DNA of 64,000 nt, from NCBI GenBank assembly GCA_964402425.1, contig CAYOCD010000002.1:27612-91611 (forward strand), in the 5' to 3' direction. Shown here in pieces: positions 56,986 to 64,000 of the stretch (positions within the stretch are counted from its first letter, which is position 1; each line of letters opens with the position of its first letter). The position numbers were made by a program, and so were the translations under genes. A model generated the notes under the pieces. It was given only the letters and a program-made list of their open reading frames with translations. It was not told the DNA's origin and ran no database searches. Source of the stretch: an uncultured Gammaproteobacteria bacterium. Lineage in GTDB: Bacteria > Patescibacteriota > Patescibacteriia > UBA9934 > GWF2-40-263.

Positions 56986-57789
56986 GTGTATATGCGGCAC
57001 CATCTTTTTGAGGTTCCAATCGATGATTTTTCGAATGCAGAACTTGACCAACAACTGACTGAGTGGGTAAACGGCACTGTGTCAAAATTCCTCACAACTC
57101 CAAATCCGGAGTTTCTTTTGCTTGCTCGGAAAGATGAAGAGTTTCGAAAGATTTTGCAGTCGAGTGATCTATCACTTCCAGATGGTGTGGGGCTTAGATA
57201 TGCGATCGCTGCACTCACAGATAAACGTCTTTTACATCGACAAACCGGAGTAGAACTTGTTGAGAAACTCATGAAAGTTGCACATGAACATCATAAACAC
57301 ATTTTACTTGTTGGTGGGGAAGAGGGTTCTGCGGAAATGACAAAACGGCGTTTTGAACAAAAATATCACGGATTAAAGATTTCCGTTTTAGAACTTGGTC
57401 GTGTAAATTTTCCAGTTTCCGAATCTATTAAGAAAAGTATTTTTGAAGTTTCACCAGACATCCTTTTAGTTGCGCTTGGTCAAAAAAAGCAGGAAAAATT
57501 TATTTATGAAGTATTACCAAGCGTTCCGTCTATTCGTCTTGCTGTCGGGATCGGTGGCGCGTTTGAAATGCTTGCGGGATTAAAGCCTCGTGCTCCGCGT
57601 TTACTGTCACAAATGGGTCTTGAATGGGCTTGGCGCGTAATCATTGAGCCGCGACGCATTGGCCGTATTCTAAATGCGAGTCTTGTCTTTCCGATCGTGG
57701 TTGTTTGCGGTACACTAAACCAGCAGAGATTTTTAAAGGCTTGTCGCAATGTTATTCCTGAAATTTATCGTCAATTAACTGGATTATGA
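56986..57789 (+). CDS. WecB/TagA/CpsF family glycosyltransferase (GT26)
   Basis: Family motifs DGVGLRYA, ILLVGGEEG, LVALGQKKQEKF, VGIGGAFEMLAG, WAWRVIIEPRR. Confidence 0.7.
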   Translation: MYMRHHLFEVPIDDFSNAELDQQLTEWVNGTVSKFLTTPNPEFLLLARKDEEFRKILQSSDLSLPDGVGLRYAIAALTDKRLLHRQTGVELVEKLMKVAHEHHKHILLVGGEEGSAEMTKRRFEQKYHGLKISVLELGRVNFPVSESIKKSIFEVSPDILLVALGQKKQEKFIYEVLPSVPSIRLAVGIGGAFEMLAGLKPRAPRLLSQMGLEWAWRVIIEPRRIGRILNASLVFPIVVVCGTLNQQRFLKACRNVIPEIYRQLTGL

Positions 57790-59207
57790 AAGTTGTTACT
57801 CGATTTGCCCCCTCTCCAACAGGTTATCTTCACGTCGGCGGTTTGCGCACGGCACTTTATAGTTATCTATACGCCAAACAACAAAATGGCGATTTTATTC
57901 TACGCATTGAAGACACAGATCAAGCACGCCTTGTTCCTGGTGCTGTTGAGGCTCTCATCAAAACTCTCACATTTATGGGGCTCCCCCCAGACAAAGGGCC
58001 TTATATTCAGTCTGAACGTCTTGAGCTTTATCGTGAGCACGTACAGCGTCTGCTTGATAGAGGCGACGCATACTATTGTTTTTGTACAAAAGAACGCTTA
58101 GTGGCACTCAGAGAAGAGCAGCAAACAAATAAAACACCCATGAAATATGATCGTGCCTGTTTGCATCTGTCAAAAGATGAGATCGAACAAAAGATTGCGG
58201 CAAATGAACCGTGTGTCGTTCGATTACTTGTTCCAGAAGGGAAGACAACGTTTATAGATGAGATTCGGGGAGAAATCACAATCGATAATAAAGAAGTGGA
58301 TGATCAAGTCTTGTTAAAAACGGATGGATTTCCAACGTATCATCTTGCTGTTGTTGTTGATGATAATGACATGCATGTAACACACATTATTCGTGGTGAT
58401 GAATGGATTTCTTCCGTTCCAAAGCATATTATTTTGTACAACATGTTTGGTTTTACGATTCCAAAATTTGCTCATTTGCCGCTTATTTTGAATCCAGACA
58501 AGTCTAAGCTCTCTAAACGACAAGGAGATGTTGCTGTCGAAGATTATCTAGCTAAAGGATACTTACCAGAAACCTTGCTTAATTTTGTCGCTCTGCTTGG
58601 ATTTAATCCGACCGCTGATCGTGAAATCTATTCATTTGAAGAACTTATTCGTTTGTTTGAACTGTCAAAAATCAATAAAAGTGGTGCTGTTTTTGATCAC
58701 GCAAAACTTGATTGGATGAACGGCATGTATCTTCGAACGAAATCAACACAAGAAATTCTCACTCTTGCAAAGCCGTTTCTTGAAAAAGCAAACATGGAGA
58801 TCAACTCTGCATTTTTGACACGCATCTGCGAAATTGAAAAAGATCGCCTCGTTACTCTGCAAGATCTTGCAGACCGCGCACAAGAGTATTTAAAGGCAAT
58901 TGAATACGATCCAGCAATGCTTGTCTGGAAAAAAGCAGATGTGGCTGATGCCTACTCGCATCTTCATGCGCTTCGTACATTGCTTGAGAATGCGTCGAAT
59001 GAAACATTTAGTGATCGCACGCTTCTCGAAGTCGTCGTAAAGAAGTATATTGAAGAGGGAAGTTTTCAAAATGGAAATGTCTTGTGGCCATTGCGTGCTG
59101 CCCTTTCCGGAAAAGAAAAATCTCCAAACCCATTTGAATTAGTTTGGATTTTTGGAAAAGAAGAATCGCTTAACCGTATTGATCACGCCCTTTCGATCTT
59201 AAAATAG
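57786..59207 (+). CDS. gltX: glutamate--tRNA ligase
   Basis: Class I HIGH variant FAPSPTGYLHVGGLRTAL and KMSKS variant KLSKRQG. Confidence 0.9.
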   Translation: MKVVTRFAPSPTGYLHVGGLRTALYSYLYAKQQNGDFILRIEDTDQARLVPGAVEALIKTLTFMGLPPDKGPYIQSERLELYREHVQRLLDRGDAYYCFCTKERLVALREEQQTNKTPMKYDRACLHLSKDEIEQKIAANEPCVVRLLVPEGKTTFIDEIRGEITIDNKEVDDQVLLKTDGFPTYHLAVVVDDNDMHVTHIIRGDEWISSVPKHIILYNMFGFTIPKFAHLPLILNPDKSKLSKRQGDVAVEDYLAKGYLPETLLNFVALLGFNPTADREIYSFEELIRLFELSKINKSGAVFDHAKLDWMNGMYLRTKSTQEILTLAKPFLEKANMEINSAFLTRICEIEKDRLVTLQDLADRAQEYLKAIEYDPAMLVWKKADVADAYSHLHALRTLLENASNETFSDRTLLEVVVKKYIEEGSFQNGNVLWPLRAALSGKEKSPNPFELVWIFGKEESLNRIDHALSILK

Positions 59208-59209
59208 GT

Positions 59210-60397
59210 ATGCCCCAAAATCGGGTCAAAATAGGTCTTTCATTGTTCGGAATTTCGGTTCTTCTGTTTTGTGTTGGTATTTTACCTACACAAGCAGATG
59301 AACCTATTTTTTCTGAAGTTCAACAATCTATTAAAGACAAGAAAACAAATATTGATCAACTCAATCAGCAAATTGAGACGTATCAAAAAAAAATTCAAGA
59401 TGCTCAATCAAAAAAGATTACGCTTGAGTCAGAACTTGATCTTTTAGAAAATCGAGCATTAAAAACACAATTAGAAATTGATGAAACGACGGCACAAATC
59501 GATCTTCTGAATGCAGAGATCGCCAACACAGAATCAAAAATTCTTGAAATGAAAAAGAGATTGGAGCGACAAAAAGAGATCATGGTAACAGTCATTCAAA
59601 AAATACAATCACAAGACAACACATTAAATATTCAGCTTTTTTACGGATCAGAACCTTTATCGATGCTTTTGGATACCGTTCAGAAGCTAGAGCAAATTAA
59701 TTCAGATCTTGCACAAGCCGTCAAAGACGCAAAAGCGTTAAAAGTGGCACTTGAACAAGCAAAAGCTGATCAAGAAGTAAAACGAACACGACTACACACC
59801 CACGAAGAAGATCTTCAAACAAACAAAATGCGTTTAAGTGAGGAATTGGAAGCAAAAGAAATCATTTTGGCCACAACAAGACAATCAGAGAAAAAATTTC
59901 AATCGTTGGTGGAAGAATTGAAGCAGGAACAAGTTTTTGTTCAAAACCAGATTCGTGAATTACAAACTCGCCTTGAACAGCGCATTCAACCTTCTGATGA
60001 AATCGGTGGGGGACTTCTTTCTTGGCCGCTTAGTAATACACACAGATTATCAGCTTCGTTTCATGATCCAACCTATCCATTTCGCAATCTATTTGAGCAC
60101 TCCGGAATAGATATTCCGGCACCAAAAGGAACACCCGTTCATTCAGCCGCAGCAGGTTTTGTGGCATGGACGCGTAGGGGAGCGCAGTATGGGAATTATG
60201 TCATGATTATTCACTCAAACGGTGTTGCAACGCTTTATGCCCATCTTTCACGCATTGATGTTGTCGCCGATCAATTTATTCCACGCGGTGGTCAAATAGG
60301 TCTTGTTGGATCAACAGGACTTTCAACAGGCCCACACCTTCATTTTGAAGTCCGTAAAGAGGGAATACCTACAGACCCAATGTTATATCTTGATTAA
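59210..60397 (+). CDS. M23 family metallopeptidase with N-terminal coiled coil (EnvC-like murein hydrolase or activator)
   Basis: Long Q/E/K-rich coiled coil; C-terminal LytM motifs HSGIDIPAPKGTPV and GSTGLSTGPHLHFEV. Confidence 0.75.
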   Translation: MPQNRVKIGLSLFGISVLLFCVGILPTQADEPIFSEVQQSIKDKKTNIDQLNQQIETYQKKIQDAQSKKITLESELDLLENRALKTQLEIDETTAQIDLLNAEIANTESKILEMKKRLERQKEIMVTVIQKIQSQDNTLNIQLFYGSEPLSMLLDTVQKLEQINSDLAQAVKDAKALKVALEQAKADQEVKRTRLHTHEEDLQTNKMRLSEELEAKEIILATTRQSEKKFQSLVEELKQEQVFVQNQIRELQTRLEQRIQPSDEIGGGLLSWPLSNTHRLSASFHDPTYPFRNLFEHSGIDIPAPKGTPVHSAAAGFVAWTRRGAQYGNYVMIIHSNGVATLYAHLSRIDVVADQFIPRGGQIGLVGSTGLSTGPHLHFEVRKEGIPTDPMLYLD

Positions 60398-60404
60398 CTT
60401 CCAT

Positions 60405-60641
60405 ATGAACATAGAACTTGTCACACTTTTAAAAATTGCGGGATGGATTTTAACCCTTGCTCCAATCGGTGGATTTTTGTTATTTTCAATTATCATGGTA
60501 CGTGAAATTTCAAAAAACGATGATGAGAGTTTGAAAGGGCTTATCAACATTGGGTTTCTTATTTTCGGAATAGGAGCGGTCCTGCTTATTGTTAGTTATG
60601 CAGGAGGGTTTCTTCTTTCATCATCAAGTAACACACTATAA
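60405..60641 (+). CDS. small hypothetical membrane protein
   Basis: ORF 60303..60641, taken from the internal Met MNIELVTLLKIAGW; two hydrophobic helices. Confidence 0.3.
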   Translation: MNIELVTLLKIAGWILTLAPIGGFLLFSIIMVREISKNDDESLKGLINIGFLIFGIGAVLLIVSYAGGFLLSSSSNTL

Positions 60642-60652
60642 AGAACAAAACA

Positions 60653-60679
60653 GAACCCCTTACCGGGGTTCTTTTATTT
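60653..60679 (+). terminator. rho-independent terminator
   Basis: gaacccc-ttacc-ggggttc hairpin plus ttttattt. Confidence 0.65.
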
Positions 60680-61076
60680 GATTTTATTAGCGTCGTACAA
60701 TATATCTTATACGACGCAACAGGATAAGGCGCTAGAAACAATGGGTATCAGTATACCTTGTAAATTGTCTCAATTTAGCGTAGAAATGGTTATTTGGCTT
60801 CATGCAGCATTTTGATGAGCCGTCCGAAACTGTACGTGTTGTTTTTATATTTTAAGATCAAAATCTTCATCACGATTTTTTATTTTTATACGACTGCAAT
60901 ACTATTTCATATTTATTCATCCAGTTGCTTTGTATGCCATCTCAACAACGCACCCTGCTTCACGTACAACATCTTCAGGGGTCTGTATGGATGCTCGATT
61001 GTCTACCCCTACCCTAAGGTCATCCTAATTGATTATTTTACGACACATACCATAAAGAGGTATTTGTTGATGTGTG

Positions 61077-61904
61077 TTATTTGTAATACACATGATCCCC
61101 AAATCGAAGGTCGATGTATTGTAATTTTGTTACATCTTTAATCGTTCCTTGAAGCAAAGCTTTCAGTCGTTCTGATTGTGAGTTTAAGTCACTGTCAGGA
61201 TCAAATAAAATATAAAATCCTTGAGTGGTTAAAACACCCATCCACTTCCCTACTTGCAGGTCAATTTGTGTTTCTGTAAACGAAATACCTTGCGATGAAA
61301 GGAGTTTGTGAAATGCAAGAATTTGTTTGATCCTTTCCTCAGAAAGGATCTGGTCACCAATAGCAATTAATTTATTATTTCGGTCCACGATAATCGGAAG
61401 AGGTTTTGACGGGTCAATCGCATCGATCTTTTGAGTCACAATTCCTTGTAGGTCTGCAAGATAAAATTCCTTGTTTGTTTTCCAAACAATATCTGATGTT
61501 CTTTCTTTGATAACAAGATAAATCGTTTGTTTTTTGAGCTTTATATCAATCTGGTCGAATGCAAAAGTCTTTTCAAGAAAAGTTTGTAGTGTTTTTTTTG
61601 AAAAGAGAAAACGGTTTGTGTTGTGAAAAATAAATAAATGAGATTGACCTAAATATTCGCGCACCCCTGTTTCCATTTGTGTATTTGAAGACGCTTGAAG
61701 TCCATGTATTTCAACAGAGCGAATTTTGAAAGCAGGATACGTAAAAAGATACATCAAAAAAGCTACAAACAGAAAAGTGGACGCGGCGCCAATGATGAGA
61801 TACTTATTCTTAGGTGTTTTTGGAGTCTGAAAATAAGGGTTGCGATATGCACCGCGCGAATAGCGTTTTTGCTGAAGTCGATGAAAATGATTGCGTTTTT
61901 GCAT
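61077..61904 (-). CDS. ftsQ: cell division protein FtsQ/DivIB
   Basis: Basic N-terminus, single TM YLIIGAASTFLFVAFLMYLF, POTRA-like IRSVEIHGLQ, beta-rich C-terminus. Confidence 0.6.
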   Translation of the reverse strand: MQKRNHFHRLQQKRYSRGAYRNPYFQTPKTPKNKYLIIGAASTFLFVAFLMYLFTYPAFKIRSVEIHGLQASSNTQMETGVREYLGQSHLFIFHNTNRFLFSKKTLQTFLEKTFAFDQIDIKLKKQTIYLVIKERTSDIVWKTNKEFYLADLQGIVTQKIDAIDPSKPLPIIVDRNNKLIAIGDQILSEERIKQILAFHKLLSSQGISFTETQIDLQVGKWMGVLTTQGFYILFDPDSDLNSQSERLKALLQGTIKDVTKLQYIDLRFGDHVYYK

Positions 61905-61907
61905 ACG

Positions 61908-63041
61908 CTATACCACAATGCGTGGAATAGATGCATTAATGCGTGATAGGACTTCGTACGGAATGGTAGAGATTTTTTGAGCCATTGTATCTGCGCTCAT
62001 AAAATTACGTGCATCTTTTCCAATAAGAATTACCTCTTGATTTTTTTGAACATTTGGAACACTTGAAACATCAACCATAATCATGTTCATATTGACACGC
62101 CCCATAACTTTACAGCGATATCCACCAATCAAAACTTCTCCACGTGAAGATAGGCGTCGATCATAACCATCCCAGTATCCAACAGGTAAAACAGCAATAC
62201 GACTCCTCTTTTGAACGATTTCCGTAAGTCCATAGCCGATTGGGGTTCCACCCGGAATAGATTTTACTTGAGCAATACGGGTTTTCCAAGATAAAACTGG
62301 CTGAAGTTCGCATGGGATTGCTTGTTTGTGCATCGTCTCTTCAACCATGGAAGATGACCAGATGCCATACATGGCAATTCCGGCACGTACAAGCGTTCCG
62401 TATGTCTGAGGGTACAATAAAATGGCTGCAGAACACGCACAATGAATGTATTGCGGTTCGAGCTCAAACGTACGAACAAGCTCAAGGGCTTGCGTAAAAC
62501 GTTGATATTGTAATGTGGCGTATTCTGTATTTGTTGTGTCTTCAATATTTGCGAAATGCGTTGAAACACCAACAAGCTGCAAATGAGTTGATTCTCGAAA
62601 AAGATTGAGAAGATCTGGTAAATCATCCATTGAAACCCCTTGGCGAGATGTTCCGGTTTCGATTTTCAAATGAATACGCGCAGGCAGCGCGGATTTTGAA
62701 GCAACAGCCTCAGCTTCACGCAAGCCTTCAAGGTCATAGAGCGTAAGATCAATTTGTTCACGAATTGCTTCATGAAAGCGTTCAGCCATGGTGTAGCCAA
62801 GAACAATGATGAGAGATGTGGGAAACAGATCGCGCAAAATAAGCGCATCTTCAATACAATCTACCCCAAAGGCATCAACACCATTGCGACGTGCAATACG
62901 TGCCACTTCTTTTAATCCGTGGCCATAGGCATTTGCTTTTACAATCGCACAAAAAACAGCCCCGTTCCCTACCAGGGATCGGAGTGTTTGAATGTTTGAA
63001 GAGAGTGCAGTCTCTTTTATTTCAACCCATGTTCTGTGCAT
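61908..63041 (-). CDS. alr: alanine racemase
   Basis: PLP lysine motif AIVKANAYGHG. The family N-terminus MHRTWVEIKETAL corresponds to ATG complement 63039-63041; the ORF extends to 63107. Confidence 0.85.
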   Translation of the reverse strand: MHRTWVEIKETALSSNIQTLRSLVGNGAVFCAIVKANAYGHGLKEVARIARRNGVDAFGVDCIEDALILRDLFPTSLIIVLGYTMAERFHEAIREQIDLTLYDLEGLREAEAVASKSALPARIHLKIETGTSRQGVSMDDLPDLLNLFRESTHLQLVGVSTHFANIEDTTNTEYATLQYQRFTQALELVRTFELEPQYIHCACSAAILLYPQTYGTLVRAGIAMYGIWSSSMVEETMHKQAIPCELQPVLSWKTRIAQVKSIPGGTPIGYGLTEIVQKRSRIAVLPVGYWDGYDRRLSSRGEVLIGGYRCKVMGRVNMNMIMVDVSSVPNVQKNQEVILIGKDARNFMSADTMAQKISTIPYEVLSRINASIPRIVV

Positions 63042-63046
63042 ACACA

Positions 63047-63424
63047 TTACTCTGGAAGATAGGTGAGTGTCTCGATAGGAATTGTTCTGTGGTTTTCTTC
63101 CAACCACCGTATAATATCTGACTTTAATGCATCTTGATCAAAGCCAAGCACAAGAACATCGGGTTGTACCTTATTCAGAATAATATAAGAACCAAGTTGT
63201 TCATCACTCAAAAATGCTTGAGAAATGTGTGGATCTTCAGCAACACGCTGCAATCGAACAGACTCTGAATTTCGCGGTTCTTTCTTTTTGAGCGTGCGTA
63301 CATGTTCATCTCGTGCGACAGCTGCAATCAGCTCTGTTCCTTTTTTTGCGGCTTCTTCAATAAAGAACTGATGACCCGCGTCAAATCCGTCGAATGTTCC
63401 AAAGACGAGAGCTTTGCGTGTCAT
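63047..63424 (-). CDS. cytidylyltransferase-like nucleotidyltransferase (HxGH motif)
   Basis: LVFGTFDGFDAGHQFF signature of the nucleotidyltransferase alpha/beta phosphodiesterase fold; 125 aa. Confidence 0.5.
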   Translation of the reverse strand: MTRKALVFGTFDGFDAGHQFFIEEAAKKGTELIAAVARDEHVRTLKKKEPRNSESVRLQRVAEDPHISQAFLSDEQLGSYIILNKVQPDVLVLGFDQDALKSDIIRWLEENHRTIPIETLTYLPE

Positions 63425-64000
63425 ACATCTGATGAATCCTGGTTTCTTTGTTTAAGAGTTGGAAATAAAATGACCTCTTTAAGGTTTGGGGCATTTGTTA
63501 AAAAGGCAATGAGGCGATCGATACCGATTCCAACCCCGCTTGTTGGGGGCATACCGTGTTCAAGTGCGCTCAAAAAGGCTTCATCCATCCATTGCGCTTC
63601 CTCACTTCCCTTTTCTCGCAATGTTTGTTGTTCCTCAAAACGATTACGTTGATCAACAGGATCATTCAATTCATCATAGTAAGCATTGATGACCTCAGCT
63701 CCTTGAATAACAAGTTGAACACAGGCACTCTTTGTTGGATCTTCTTGCTTTGCTTTTGCAAGAGGCTTAAGTGAAGTTGGATAATCAAAAATCCATGTTG
63801 GTTGCATGACATTTGGCCGAGCTGTGTTTTTCCAAAGAGCATCGTAATATTCACCCATTCCAATACATCCTGTAAAGTCAACGAAAATCCCTTTTTCTTT
63901 ACAAAGAGCTATAAGAGAATCGGGCTCTGTAACAAGATCAATATCAATACCACATGCACTTAAAATTGCTTGTCGGAATGTTAATCGAGGAAACGGTGCT
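63421..64000 (-). CDS. lysS: lysine--tRNA ligase, class II; C-terminal part, N-terminus beyond the window
   Basis: Motif 3 SGVGIGIDRLIAFL. The frame stays open through position 64000 (RLTFRQAILSACGIDIDLV...). Confidence 0.8.
   Translation of the reverse strand, partial: APFPRLTFRQAILSACGIDIDLVTEPDSLIALCKEKGIFVDFTGCIGMGEYYDALWKNTARPNVMQPTWIFDYPTSLKPLAKAKQEDPTKSACVQLVIQGAEVINAYYDELNDPVDQRNRFEEQQTLREKGSEEAQWMDEAFLSALEHGMPPTSGVGIGIDRLIAFLTNAPNLKEVILFPTLKQRNQDSSDV

Noticed and set aside
60794-61141. 115-aa plus-strand ORF in the A+T-rich gap
   Set aside because: Low-complexity F/I/Y-rich translation, no RBS, and an overlap with the 3' end of ftsQ. Judged a chance ORF in AT-rich DNA.
1-64000. Search for tRNA, rRNA or tmRNA and for integrase/transposase genes
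   Set aside because: No T-arm GTTCRANYC-type motif with matching acceptor stems was found in any intergenic region. No ORF shows integrase or transposase catalytic motifs, so the mobility mechanism of the island remains unknown.

Overview
The window is a 64-kb bacterial chromosomal segment with about 55 protein-coding genes on both strands. No rRNA gene, tRNA gene or CRISPR array was found.

Recognised content:
- Translation and ribosome: infA-rpmJ-rpsM-rpsK-rpsD-rpoA-rplQ-rplM-rpsI, alaS, gltX, a partial lysS, mnmA, fmt-def, hpf.
- Protein export: secA, secD and secF.
- Cell-wall and division genes: murC, murB, alr, ftsQ, an M23 peptidase, and a YfiH/PgeF-like gene directly after murC.
- Chaperone: clpB, carrying a perfect CIRCE operator.
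- A flippase/GT4/GT2/GT2/Wzy-like polysaccharide locus.
- priA-def-fmt, era, rlmD-like, glyA, rdgB.

Unusual content:
1. A visibly A+T-rich 5-kb island directly after secA (about 14.1-19.0 kb). It is bracketed by copies of a conserved intergenic element. It encodes a P-loop kinase, a GT2, a GT4-like transferase, a PIG-L/LmbE deacetylase and an APH-type kinase. This is consistent with a GlcNAc-transfer and de-N-acetylation small-molecule cassette.
2. A two-gene module after secDF (23.9-28.2 kb): a membrane protein plus a VirD4/TraD-like FtsK-HerA-superfamily ATPase with a zinc ribbon and a repetitive tail.
3. SecD carrying a tandem parvulin (PPIase) insertion in its periplasmic domain.
4. Two paralogous lipoproteins built from Cys-rich repeats.
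5. An rpoA that ends after the N-terminal domain.
6. A PriA-like gene with degenerate Walker motifs.
7. An AlaRS that ends after the editing domain.

Taken together, many glycosyltransferases, reduced core proteins and weak or absent Shine-Dalgarno sequences upstream of many genes suggest, by inference only, a reduced-genome lineage such as the Patescibacteria/CPR. All calls rest on reading the six-frame translations and the DNA; no database search was run.
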